A DNA stretch of 45,714 bases from an uncultured Muribaculaceae bacterium (GCA_964368045.1 CAYIZJ010000001.1:1-45714); one strand, 5' to 3'; shown: positions 24,266-33,292, counted from the first letter of the stretch. A program made the numbers and translations. Notes: generated by a model not told the origin, from the sequence alone.

Positions 24266-25543
24266 ATGAACGTAATACATAAATTATTATCCATATCGTC
24301 TTTTTTTATCTTGGGTGCGTGTTCTGCTGGAATGGAAAGCCGTTTGGAAAATGCTCGTTCAAACTATCTTCAAAACAGTCCAATTACCGTTGCAAAATCT
24401 TTTGATGGTGTAACCGATGATTATGGAAACTTGGATAATTTGGAATTATTGATTGCAGGGGACGCCCTATTTCGTGCAAATGAATTTGAAAAAAGCGATG
24501 ATATTTTCGAAGAATTCAATCGCCGCCAATTAAATTTAACCGACTTTGATATGGGTCGTGAGGCCACAATTTTACTGGGTGGAAATATGTCGGCCAGTTA
24601 CAGACCTTTTATGATGGATTCTTTGTTTGCGTCATATTATCAATTGTGGGATGTTTTGGCATTAAATGAAATGGATAACGCACAGGTTGTTATAAATCAA
24701 GCATACGAAAAACAAAAAAAAATGGGCGGCGAATACGAAGAGTTAATTAACCAAACAAATGAAAACATCAAAAACAACCAAGATGAATTTAATGCTTTGT
24801 TCAGTGACAGAAAATCCACATGGAAGGTATATTCCGAAATAATGAATCCGGCACTAACATATTTATCGGGGCTTTATTTTTTAAACGTTGGTGATTTTAC
24901 CGATGCTAAAACATTTCTGGAACGGGCGGGCGGTATGATGCCAAACAATTCATACATTGACCAAGATTTATCGGATGCCAAATCTAAACGAACACCAAAC
25001 GGGATTGCATGGATATTCATTGAAAACAGCTTTGCCCCGAAATTAACAGAACAAAGAACCGAAATCCCATGGATAATTGACGGCAATTTAACATTTATTA
25101 CAATGGCAACGTCCCAGCCGATGTATTTTAATACCGACCCTGTTGTTAAAAATTCAAAATTACTGGCGGACGTTGATGCAATGTTTATGACCGAATATCA
25201 ACATTATCGTGAAAACGAAGAATTACGAATGTTTGCGTCGGCAGTTTCAAAAACTATTTTACAATCGACGATGTATAATTCGGGCTCTGACGCTTCACCA
25301 TTGATGGGATTGATGGCGACCGCTTATTCTATGGCGACTACATCGGCCGAAGTTCGCACCTTTGCCACATTACCAAAAAGCATATGGTTATATCGGGTTA
25401 AAAAGCCAAATAATGGCGAAATCGAATTAAAAACAGGTTCTGGCACATTAACAACAATCAATATACCTGTGGACGGAAATCATATCATTTATGTTCGACC
25501 GAATAAACTTGCGGTTGATACAAAAATCATTAGAATAAAATAA
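24266..25543 (+). CDS. Lipoprotein, COG3014-like (uncharacterised conserved family)
   Basis: 425 aa with a lipobox (FFILGAC). A TPR-like N-terminal part is followed by YRPFMMDSLFASYYQLWDVLALNEMDNAQVVINQAYEKQ and, near the C-terminus, AEVRTFATLPKSIWLYRV. It starts 1 nt after the coupling-protein stop. Confidence 0.55.
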   Translation: MNVIHKLLSISSFFILGACSAGMESRLENARSNYLQNSPITVAKSFDGVTDDYGNLDNLELLIAGDALFRANEFEKSDDIFEEFNRRQLNLTDFDMGREATILLGGNMSASYRPFMMDSLFASYYQLWDVLALNEMDNAQVVINQAYEKQKKMGGEYEELINQTNENIKNNQDEFNALFSDRKSTWKVYSEIMNPALTYLSGLYFLNVGDFTDAKTFLERAGGMMPNNSYIDQDLSDAKSKRTPNGIAWIFIENSFAPKLTEQRTEIPWIIDGNLTFITMATSQPMYFNTDPVVKNSKLLADVDAMFMTEYQHYRENEELRMFASAVSKTILQSTMYNSGSDASPLMGLMATAYSMATTSAEVRTFATLPKSIWLYRVKKPNNGEIELKTGSGTLTTINIPVDGNHIIYVRPNKLAVDTKIIRIK

Positions 25544-25563
25544 ATAAACAAAAGGGAGAAAAA

Positions 25564-26316
25564 ATGAAAATAAAATCTATGTTATTAACCACCGCATTGA
25601 CATTGTCTTTGACGGCATGCGGTTCAACCAAAGTCGTCGACCTGAACGATGCAGAACAAGTATCAGAAATGAAACACGTTATGGAATTGGAATATCGTGA
25701 CTGGACAGCCACAGCCGAAGAAATGACAGAATCTATGTTAAAAAGCGGTGCATTTAAAAAACAAGAAAATCCAGTTATCGCAATCGCAGACATTGAAAAC
25801 GACACTTTGCAAAGAATTGACCCTGATATCTTAATTAAAAAAATCAGAACAACTTTGGTTAATGATGGAACAGCACAAATAACCACAGGTTTTCAAAACA
25901 AAAAAGAAATCAAAACAGGATATTTGCCCGTAACGGCTGAATTAAATGCACAATCCCAAGGTGTTCGTGGCAATACTTCACAATTAAATGCAAAAGGCAA
26001 CGGTTATATGGCCGTTGAATACGAAGAAATGAACGCAGAAGATGATACAACCCATCAAGTTCGTGACACCCGTGGCAATGACGAATACGATCAATCAACT
26101 ATTGCAAAAAAGGGTACATTGGTCGCACCAAATATGTCATTGTCGGGAAAAATGATTCAAAGAAACTTACCTGTTCAAACAGGCTGGTTTGATCGCAACG
26201 ACACCCGTGTTGAATATTACCTGCAATTGACATTAACAAATGTTAATACTGGCCTATCCGTATGGGAAGACGAAAAACCAATCGTCAAAGAAGGCACCAG
26301 AACACCAAATTGGTAA
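25564..26316 (+). CDS. LpoB/YcfM-family (COG3417) lipoprotein
   Basis: 250 aa with a lipobox (LSLTAC). YRDWTATAEEMTESMLKSGAF...NPVIAIADIENDTLQRIDPDILIKKIRTTLVNDG and C-terminal YYLQLTLTNVNTGLSVWEDE parallel E. coli LpoB as I recall it (YDWNGAMQPMVSKML...LLVDSVNNRTNGSL...LQMQLMLVQTGEIIW). Confidence 0.65.
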   Translation: MKIKSMLLTTALTLSLTACGSTKVVDLNDAEQVSEMKHVMELEYRDWTATAEEMTESMLKSGAFKKQENPVIAIADIENDTLQRIDPDILIKKIRTTLVNDGTAQITTGFQNKKEIKTGYLPVTAELNAQSQGVRGNTSQLNAKGNGYMAVEYEEMNAEDDTTHQVRDTRGNDEYDQSTIAKKGTLVAPNMSLSGKMIQRNLPVQTGWFDRNDTRVEYYLQLTLTNVNTGLSVWEDEKPIVKEGTRTPNW

Positions 26317-26317
26317 A

Positions 26318-26351
26318 AATAAAAAACCGGCATTTCGCCGGTTTTTTTTTT
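26318..26351. terminator. Bidirectional Rho-independent terminator
   Basis: Stem CCGGC / GCCGG with loop ATTTC, flanked by an A-run and T10. It lies between convergent stops at 26316 (+) and 26367 (-). Confidence 0.9.
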
Positions 26352-26366
26352 ATTTTAAATATAAAC

Positions 26367-27707
26367 TTAATCAAATGGATTTTCTGATTTTTTATATTCA
26401 ATTACAATTGGCAACTGTTCCCATTTCAAAGCGGCCGCCAAACCACGACGCAGATATCTGGTATAGCTTTCTGGGATATCGGATGCACCGCCGACGTTAA
26501 TTAAAATACGCATAGGATGCAATCCAATTTGTGTTGCGAATTTTATCTTCATCGGTCTTTTTAATCTGGATAATGGCGGTTGTCTGTGTTCCATTAACTT
26601 TTCCAAAGTTCTGTTTATCAAACTGGTCGGGGCCCGTGAATTTGAAATATCCCACAATTCATACAGACGTTTGAATAAATTTTTAATACCAGAACCTGTT
26701 TCAGCGGACAAAGCCAAAATCATAGGTTTAATAATTTGATGAAAAGAATTTTTAAATTGATGTTTTAATTTTAATAATTTTGCATCACGTTCATTTTCAT
26801 GAACTAAATCCCATTTATTTAATACGACGCACAATATTTTCCCTGCATCATAAACCCTTCCTGCGATATTCAGTGCCTGATTTTCAATATCACGGGTTGC
26901 GTCTATAAACAAAACAACAACATTTGCTTTTTCAATAGCGTCCAAAGACTTTAATGCGGATAAAGTTTCAACATCATCGGTGACACCCGATTTACGACGA
27001 AGCCCTGCGGTATCCATCAAAATAATATCACGACCATAAAAGTTCACTGGAATTTTAACTGTATCCCGTGTAATTCCAGGTTCATCCTTTACAATCTGTC
27101 TATTTTCGCCCAAAACTTTGTTTACAAAAGTCGATTTGCCAACGTTTGGCTGACCCAAAATTGCAATTTTTAATTTTTTCGGTGGCTTTAATGCTTCTGA
27201 ATTTTCATCCATAACTTTTTGTTCCGGCAAATATTTTTCGATAAAATCATAAATATCTTCGAATCCACGTTTGTGTTCGGCCGATATTGGAGTTGGCTTT
27301 CCGAAACCCAATTTAAAGAATTCTTGGGTATCGCCCAGTCTTTTATCCGATTCGCATTTATTCATCAATAATAATACAGGTGCTTTGGTTTTACGACGAA
27401 CTAATTTTGCCCAATCCAAATCTTCGGGTAATAATCCAACCCGCCCGTCCACAACAAACAACACCATATCGGCCGACATCAAAGCATTTAATGCCATATC
27501 AGTCGAATCGGCACCGATGCCAACCTTTGTCTTTTCCAGTCCGGCAGTATCCACGATTTGTGCGTCATAGCCACGAATCATACCGACAATAACATCACGG
27601 GTTACACCCGGTCTGTCGTGTACCAGCGCATCACGTGAATTAGTCAGTGCGTTAAACAAAGTAGACTTGCCCGTATTTGGTCGTCCGATGATTGCGATTT
27701 TTTTCAT
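26367..27707 (-). CDS. der: Ribosome-assembly GTPase Der (EngA)
   Basis: It has two tandem GTPase domains (IAIIGRPNTGKSTLFNAL ... DTAG ; IAILGQPNVGKSTFVNKV ... DTAGLRRK ... NKWD) and a KH-like C-terminus. The start is set at MKKIAIIG; the ORF stays open upstream to 27743. Confidence 0.95.
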   Translation of the reverse strand: MKKIAIIGRPNTGKSTLFNALTNSRDALVHDRPGVTRDVIVGMIRGYDAQIVDTAGLEKTKVGIGADSTDMALNALMSADMVLFVVDGRVGLLPEDLDWAKLVRRKTKAPVLLLMNKCESDKRLGDTQEFFKLGFGKPTPISAEHKRGFEDIYDFIEKYLPEQKVMDENSEALKPPKKLKIAILGQPNVGKSTFVNKVLGENRQIVKDEPGITRDTVKIPVNFYGRDIILMDTAGLRRKSGVTDDVETLSALKSLDAIEKANVVVLFIDATRDIENQALNIAGRVYDAGKILCVVLNKWDLVHENERDAKLLKLKHQFKNSFHQIIKPMILALSAETGSGIKNLFKRLYELWDISNSRAPTSLINRTLEKLMEHRQPPLSRLKRPMKIKFATQIGLHPMRILINVGGASDIPESYTRYLRRGLAAALKWEQLPIVIEYKKSENPFD

Positions 27708-27776
27708 AATTTTTTCCATTGATTTTTTTTCATTATAAAGCAAAAATATAAATAATCAAACCGGAGTGATAAAAAA

Positions 27777-28373
27777 ATGATAAAAAACATAAAAAATTGG
27801 TTTATTCATATCAAAGATATATTAACCCAACCGAAAAGATACTTTTCACGAATAGTTGTCGATGGCAATTTGGAAGAACCTATGCTGCGTGCTTTTATGT
27901 ACGGTTTGCTGGGTGGCGGCATTGTTTTGCTGCTTAAATTGATTGGCGGTGCATCAATTTCGATAGAATCGATATTTACAGCTGTAATTATTATCCCTGT
28001 ATTGGCGGTTGCTATATTATTTTTGGCTGGCGGCTTATTGATGCTGGTATCTGAAATCACAGGCGGCGAACGTGATTGGGAAATTGCAATAAAAAGCTTG
28101 GCTTCTGTATTCTTCGTATATCCTGTTATTTTGGGTTTGAACGCTTTGGCATTTAATTGTATTAGTATTTGGGCAATCAGCATGCTTGTTGATGGTTATA
28201 TCTTATTCTTGTTCTATAACATTTCGTTATATTGCATGAAAGGCAAAAAGCAAAACATAATCATCACAATTACTATATTAACATTATTGTTGGTATTGGT
28301 TTATTTTTCTGACTCATCTGATGCTTGGTTAATGTTGAAAAATACATATGCAGCAACAAAGTGTTTAGGATAA
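27777..28373 (+). CDS. Yip1-domain-like polytopic inner-membrane protein
   Basis: 198 aa. The N-terminal cytoplasmic stretch (ILTQPKRYFSRIVVDGNLEEPMLRAF) is followed by about five hydrophobic helices. Confidence 0.5.
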   Translation: MIKNIKNWFIHIKDILTQPKRYFSRIVVDGNLEEPMLRAFMYGLLGGGIVLLLKLIGGASISIESIFTAVIIIPVLAVAILFLAGGLLMLVSEITGGERDWEIAIKSLASVFFVYPVILGLNALAFNCISIWAISMLVDGYILFLFYNISLYCMKGKKQNIIITITILTLLLVLVYFSDSSDAWLMLKNTYAATKCLG

Positions 28374-28392
28374 TTTATATTTTTGCTAAATC

Positions 28393-28421
28393 AAAAGCCG
28401 TCGACAAGACGGCTTTTTTTA
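28393..28421. terminator. Rho-independent terminator (between convergent genes)
   Basis: Stem GCCGTC / GACGGC with loop GACAA, followed by T7, with a short A-run upstream. Confidence 0.9.
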
Positions 28422-28425
28422 TTGA

Positions 28426-29430
28426 TTAAAACTTTATCCCAATTCCACCGGATATAAATGGGCTGGAATCAGAATATCCACCCGACAACCATACATCCCA
28501 CATTTTATCGAATTTATATCGCAAAGAACCAATTACAGTGTCCGAAGTAGACCCGTTTGCCTGCCATATATCAGAAGAGCTTAAAACATACGACACAGAC
28601 GCACTAAGCTTTAAGAAGTCATAGCTTACCCCATTTGCAAAAACAAGCCCGTCTGATGCGATTCCAGACGCATTTGAATCATAAACCAGTCGCAATGTCG
28701 AACCGAACATAAAACTGTTATACTGAAAATTCGCCCCAGCGGACACTTGGCTGCGTGAATCGGCAAACACAGGCTTTGAATACGCATCTGTTTGCAAATT
28801 CGTTGGCGAATCTATATATGACACACCAAACGAATAAACAGATTTTAATTTGCCCGCAGAATCTTTGTATTTTAATCCACCATCCAACGCAAAATTATGA
28901 TTATCGCTGAATGCAAAGGATACACCAGACATCAAATCACCGAATTTTGGCAAAATATAATTAAATCTTAAATCGTATCGCCCGCTGTCTAATGTTGTGC
29001 TGGATAAAACTGTATCATTATCCATTTTTCTATAATACAACGGATTGTTACTTATTGCCAAACCGCCAACATCCGGAATTCCAACACTTAATTTTGATGC
29101 AGCCGATTGCGTTATTCCAAATTCAAGCCGCCCCCAATCATTTGATTGCAAAAAGACAAATATGTCTTTGCTGTTTTCATTTTCATAAATTGCCAATTCA
29201 TCCAGCGCATAAACCAACCCTACTTTGTAATTATTCGAAAAGTTGTAAGCCGCCTGACCACGAACAAACCAATTTGAAACAAACGGGTTGTCTGTTTTAT
29301 TTGATTCGAATAATCCGGCCGTTCCCGCACCTGTCAAAGACAATTCAGTATTACCATAATTAAATTCCAAAGCCTTTGCCGGTAAAACCAAGCCCAAAGC
29401 CATCAGTGACACAGTTATTTTTTTAATCAT
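28426..29430 (-). CDS. Porin-like outer-membrane beta-barrel protein
   Basis: 334 aa with a signal peptide (ITVSLMALGLVLPAKA). It has alternating amphipathic strands rich in G/Y/S/F and a C-terminal ...GGIGIKF. Confidence 0.7.
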   Translation of the reverse strand: MIKKITVSLMALGLVLPAKALEFNYGNTELSLTGAGTAGLFESNKTDNPFVSNWFVRGQAAYNFSNNYKVGLVYALDELAIYENENSKDIFVFLQSNDWGRLEFGITQSAASKLSVGIPDVGGLAISNNPLYYRKMDNDTVLSSTTLDSGRYDLRFNYILPKFGDLMSGVSFAFSDNHNFALDGGLKYKDSAGKLKSVYSFGVSYIDSPTNLQTDAYSKPVFADSRSQVSAGANFQYNSFMFGSTLRLVYDSNASGIASDGLVFANGVSYDFLKLSASVSYVLSSSDIWQANGSTSDTVIGSLRYKFDKMWDVWLSGGYSDSSPFISGGIGIKF

Positions 29431-30359
29431 TATTTATTTTCGCTTTCTTTTAATATTGCTGTTTTTAATTTTTCATATGCCCTTTCTTCGATTTGTCTGA
29501 CCCTTTCACGGGAAATTCCGTATTTTTGGGAAAGCAATTCCAAAGTCATTGCAGGTTCTTGTAATCTGCGGGCAGTTAATATTTCTTTATCTCTTTCGGG
29601 CAAATTGGCCATATGTTTAACAAGAAGTTCATGCCCCCTTGTTTTAAAGTCTTGTTTTTCATACATTTGTTCTGTTGTGTCTTTTAAATCTTCCATATTT
29701 GATAACATATCAGTATTGTCCGATTGTCCGACCGGTGCGTTCAAAGACAAATCCCTTGCCCCTACACGAACAGCCATTTTTTCGACATCTTTTTCTGGGA
29801 CTTCTAAATACTTTGCAACCTGTTTTATTTGTTCATCCGACATATTTGATTCCAAAATTCCCAATGCTTTTTTGGCCTTGGACAAATTAAAAAACACCTT
29901 TTTTTGGTTCGCCGATGTTCCAATTTTTACCATCGACCAATTATTTAAAATATTTTCATACATTTCGGCTTTGACCCAAAACATTGCATATGTTGAAAAT
30001 CTAAAACCTTTATCCGGATCGAATTTTTGAACGGCTTGCATTAAACCCATATTACCGCTGGCGATTAAATCACCGACCGGTATGCCGTAATTTTTAAAAT
30101 CATACGCAACCGACACGACCAGTCGTAAATGACTGGCGACCAATTTTTCAGCAGCATCCGGATTATGAGTCTTTACCCATTCAACAGCGTATTTGTATTC
30201 TTCGTCCGCTGTTAGCATCGGTATATTTAAAACTGTTTTTATATATTGTTCCAAACCCGTTTCGTCACTGACCCCACGAAGAGCCATCAGGCTTTCGTTT
30301 TTTATCGTCGTTAAATCGTTTTTTGTTTGGGTTTTCATTACCATTACAATATATAACAA
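29430..30359 (-). CDS. rpoH: RNA polymerase sigma-32 factor RpoH
   Basis: It has region 2 (LRLVVSVAYDFKNYGIPVGDLIASGNMGLMQAVQKFDPDKGFRFSTYAMFWVKA) and an RpoH box (QKKVFFNLSKAK). Region 4 HTH is LLSQKYGISRERVRQIEERA. The start is uncertain; ATG codons at 30344 and 30338 lie inside the TTG-initiated ORF. Confidence 0.9.
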   Translation of the reverse strand: MLYIVMVMKTQTKNDLTTIKNESLMALRGVSDETGLEQYIKTVLNIPMLTADEEYKYAVEWVKTHNPDAAEKLVASHLRLVVSVAYDFKNYGIPVGDLIASGNMGLMQAVQKFDPDKGFRFSTYAMFWVKAEMYENILNNWSMVKIGTSANQKKVFFNLSKAKKALGILESNMSDEQIKQVAKYLEVPEKDVEKMAVRVGARDLSLNAPVGQSDNTDMLSNMEDLKDTTEQMYEKQDFKTRGHELLVKHMANLPERDKEILTARRLQEPAMTLELLSQKYGISRERVRQIEERAYEKLKTAILKESENK

Positions 30360-30488
30360 ATAGTATCAAATTTCAAGCCCCGATAAAATCCTATTTATAA
30401 TAAAATTTGGGGCAAAGTGTTCTTGATTTGTTTCATTATTACTTTTATACTGTGATTATAAATAATTAAAAAAACAGGAGAAATCAAA

Positions 30489-31139
30489 ATGGCATCAATT
30501 TTGGAACGCAATAAAAACATTAAAACACCGAAGAAAACATACCAAGACCATCAAGAAGATGCACTATATCGTGAAGTATGGGAAGACGTGAACAATGAAA
30601 AAACCCAAAGATTTTTAAAAAAATATTCAAAAATTATATTGGCGATTGTTTTGGGTATAATGATTTTTGTTGTGGGCATTCAAATATTTTCCCAACAAAA
30701 ACAAGCGAACAAAATCGCTTTTGCTCAAACTTATGAAGCAGCCGCCACAAATTTGGATGCAACTGCACTGGCATCATTGGCACAAAACAATTCAAATGCG
30801 ACATCTGATTTGGCAATGTTTCAATCATGGATGTTGGATTCAAATATTGAAACTTTGAAAACTTTGGCTGAAAAAGGCGACACAAAAGATTTCCGTGATT
30901 TGGCATTATTGCACATTGCAATGATCGAAGGCGATAAAATGTCAGCAGCCCAAATGATTGAAATGCTAAAACCATTGAATACAATTAAATCACCTTTTTA
31001 TTACAATGCGATGTTGTTAATCGGACAAAAATATTTATCCCAAGGCGACAAAGTAAATGCAAACATTTGGTTGGATAAAATCATATCCGATAAATACGCC
31101 CCATCTATTGTTTCTGGGAATGCCCAAAGCTTGAAATAA
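30489..31139 (+). CDS. YfgM-like (TPR_21-type) membrane-anchored periplasmic protein
   Basis: 216 aa. A charged N-terminus and one TM (IILAIVLGIMIFVVGIQIF) precede a helical C-terminal domain. It sits immediately upstream of a BamB-like lipoprotein, as in the yfgM-bamB-der neighbourhood of other proteobacteria. Confidence 0.55.
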   Translation: MASILERNKNIKTPKKTYQDHQEDALYREVWEDVNNEKTQRFLKKYSKIILAIVLGIMIFVVGIQIFSQQKQANKIAFAQTYEAAATNLDATALASLAQNNSNATSDLAMFQSWMLDSNIETLKTLAEKGDTKDFRDLALLHIAMIEGDKMSAAQMIEMLKPLNTIKSPFYYNAMLLIGQKYLSQGDKVNANIWLDKIISDKYAPSIVSGNAQSLK

Positions 31140-31153
31140 AGGTATAAAAAACT

Positions 31154-31885
31154 ATGAAAAAATTTGGATTCGCTGTTTTATTATCCGCATCTGTTTTATC
31201 CGCCTGTGATAAAGCCGACCCTATTTTACCAGGGGTGCGTACTTCGATATTTCCGTTAAACGAAATTCAATATACGGATAAAAAAATAACAAAAATTTCA
31301 AACACTGCATATTCGGCAAAACCACAGGATTGCCCGTATACACAGGATTCAAAGAACGCAATTTACAAAGGTAAAACAAAAATATACACAGGATTTGCAA
31401 CATCCGATTTTGTAAAATCAAATCAAAAACCTGTATGTGACAATGGTTTTGTTTTTGCGGGGCTATCAACTGGTGAATTGGTTAAAATAAATCCAAACAC
31501 CAAACAAGTTGAATGGTCTGCTGATATATACAGCAATACAAATATGACCGGCGGCAGTTCAATATTGGACATAACAGCACCATTGGTTATAAAGGGTAAC
31601 TTTATCTATGTTGCGGGATTGGGTGACGCATATTGCAAAATATCCAAATCAACTGGTAATAAATCTTGGTGTGTGCCTATCAGTTCTGGCACCCAATTTA
31701 TATTGGTTGATAATATTGCATTCATAATGGATACAGAAAATATATTGTATGCAATCGACACATCAACGGGGGACGCATATTGGTCATCCAAAATAGATGA
31801 TGCCGGTTCAATTAAATATGCGGACGGTGTAATCGAAATCGATGATAATGAATATGATGCAAAAACCGGAAAGATAATTGATTAA
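31154..31885 (+). CDS. Short BamB-like PQQ-repeat beta-propeller lipoprotein
   Basis: 243 aa with a lipobox (LLSASVLSAC). It has four PQQ-like blade motifs (LVKINPNTKQVEWSADIY, YCKISKSTGNKSWCVPIS, LYAIDTSTGDAYWSSKID, EYDAKTGKII). Confidence 0.55.
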   Translation: MKKFGFAVLLSASVLSACDKADPILPGVRTSIFPLNEIQYTDKKITKISNTAYSAKPQDCPYTQDSKNAIYKGKTKIYTGFATSDFVKSNQKPVCDNGFVFAGLSTGELVKINPNTKQVEWSADIYSNTNMTGGSSILDITAPLVIKGNFIYVAGLGDAYCKISKSTGNKSWCVPISSGTQFILVDNIAFIMDTENILYAIDTSTGDAYWSSKIDDAGSIKYADGVIEIDDNEYDAKTGKIID

Positions 31886-31914
31886 AAAAATCCCCAAACG
31901 GGGATTTTTTTTTA
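31884..31914. terminator. Bidirectional Rho-independent terminator
   Basis: A7 ATCCCC AAAC GGGGAT T9, between convergent genes. Confidence 0.9.
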
Positions 31915-31917
31915 TCT

Positions 31918-32202
31918 TTAATGAGAAATTATTTCTTTGTGCAATTTCCAAGCCAGCATTTGTTTCATTTTATAATCTGAATGCGACACCATTTCAAAAG
32001 CTTCGTTTACAAGTGATTTATCCAAAAAGTTTATACTTTCAGCATAAAGAAAGAAAAACATAACGGTTGACATATCATTTTTTTTCACAGCATTTAAAAA
32101 AGCATTCTTTGCATATCTTCTTTTTTCTGAATCTGTTTTAAACGAATTCAATATGTCCATATGTTCGTTTGCCGCTTTTGATTTATATTTATTTACAGCC
32201 AT
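31918..32202 (-). CDS. Small helical protein, tandem paralog A
   Basis: The start is set at MAVNKYK (ATG 32202, SD AAAGGA 8 nt upstream, 1 nt after the stop of paralog B); the ORF is open to 32235. It aligns without gaps to paralog D (KRRYAKNAFLNAVKKND...FFFLYAESINFLDKSLVNEA). Confidence 0.55.
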   Translation of the reverse strand: MAVNKYKSKAANEHMDILNSFKTDSEKRRYAKNAFLNAVKKNDMSTVMFFFLYAESINFLDKSLVNEAFEMVSHSDYKMKQMLAWKLHKEIISH

Positions 32203-32203
32203 T

Positions 32204-32530
32204 TTATAATCCTTTTGCTTTGTTTGCCATTTCATTCAATTTCAAATTTAATAAATTTCTAATTTCTATTGAATTTGTTTTTGTTGAATTTATGATTTCT
32301 TGGTTTAAATACATCGAAGTTTGCGGATATTCAAAGAACACTTTTACCTCAGCCGCAACGCCCATTGTAACAGCATCAGCAAAGCATCCACGAACTACTT
32401 GTGCTTTATCTTTTTCCGGCACACCATTTAAAATAGAAACAAATGTTCCCGCACGGTTTTTTATTTCTTGTTCGGCGGATATTTCCGGCATAATCGGTAA
32501 GTTTTCTATCATTTTTTCTAAACTTGACAT
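32204..32530 (-). CDS. Small helical protein, tandem paralog B
   Basis: 108 aa with SD AAAGGAAA upstream. It shares VFFEYPQTSMYLNQEII with D (AIFRYPQIYNLIDESVL) and the tail IRNLLNLKLNEMANKAK with C. Confidence 0.6.
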   Translation of the reverse strand: MSSLEKMIENLPIMPEISAEQEIKNRAGTFVSILNGVPEKDKAQVVRGCFADAVTMGVAAEVKVFFEYPQTSMYLNQEIINSTKTNSIEIRNLLNLKLNEMANKAKGL

Positions 32531-32548
32531 TTGTTTTCCTTTATTGAT

Positions 32549-32851
32549 TTATTTGATTTTTTCGTTTTGTTTTTTTGACATTTCGGCTAATTTGAAAGTC
32601 AGCAGATTTTTTACACACGGTGCAGGATTACGTCCCAAAGCCATAATTATAAAACCTTCATTAAAATAATCTTCGAAATTTGATTTTAACAAAGCTTCCA
32701 TTTCCATAATATCTATGCATTCATAATTTAAGTTCACCAGATAATATGGTATGTCGATATGTTTATTTTGCGAAAGATTCGCATATATTCTGTTGTATTT
32801 ATCAATAAGTTCTTTTTTAACCCGTCCCAGATGAGCAATTTCAAAATTCAT
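32549..32851 (-). CDS. Small helical protein, tandem paralog C (most divergent)
   Basis: 100 aa with SD AAAGG upstream. Its C-terminal VKNLLTFKLAEMSKKQN matches B. Confidence 0.55.
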   Translation of the reverse strand: MNFEIAHLGRVKKELIDKYNRIYANLSQNKHIDIPYYLVNLNYECIDIMEMEALLKSNFEDYFNEGFIIMALGRNPAPCVKNLLTFKLAEMSKKQNEKIK

Positions 32852-32930
32852 TTCAACAGCCTTTTTATTTTCACAACCTTTTTATTTTACCCTTGTTACA
32901 ATATCTGTCAACAAATTATTTTGTTTTTGT

Positions 32931-32960
32931 AAAAAAAATCCCCCATTTAGGGGATTTTTT
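32931..32960 (-). terminator. Rho-independent terminator after infB plus paralog D
   Basis: The minus strand reads AAAAAATCCCC TAAATG GGGGAT T8. It overlaps the stop codon of paralog D. Confidence 0.85.
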
Positions 32961-33276
32961 AATGTATTCTTTGGGCTATTTGGTGATTAACACTAAACAT
33001 AGAATGTTTTTTCCACAATATTGTTTTTCTTGTTAATCCACTTGGTGCGATTTTAATAGCAACGTCCAAAACAGATTCATCGATTAAGTTATATATTTGC
33101 GGATATCTGAAAATAGCTTGGATTGATATTTTTTCATCTTTTTCTGCAAATTCGAACAATTTATTTCTTACATAGATTTTTTTATCTTCTAAGTTTTTAA
33201 TTGCCTTTAAATCTTCGATATAACCTTTCGCTTTATCTTCTACTTCTTTTTTTATTTTATTATATTCAGTAAACAT
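32959..33276 (-). CDS. Small helical protein, tandem paralog D (in the position usually held by rbfA)
   Basis: The start is set at MFTEYNK (ATG 33276), 16 nt after the infB stop; the ORF is open to 33336. It has no resemblance to RbfA and is a paralog of A and B. Confidence 0.6.
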   Translation of the reverse strand: MFTEYNKIKKEVEDKAKGYIEDLKAIKNLEDKKIYVRNKLFEFAEKDEKISIQAIFRYPQIYNLIDESVLDVAIKIAPSGLTRKTILWKKHSMFSVNHQIAQRIH

Positions 33277-33292
33277 TTTATACTCTTTACTT

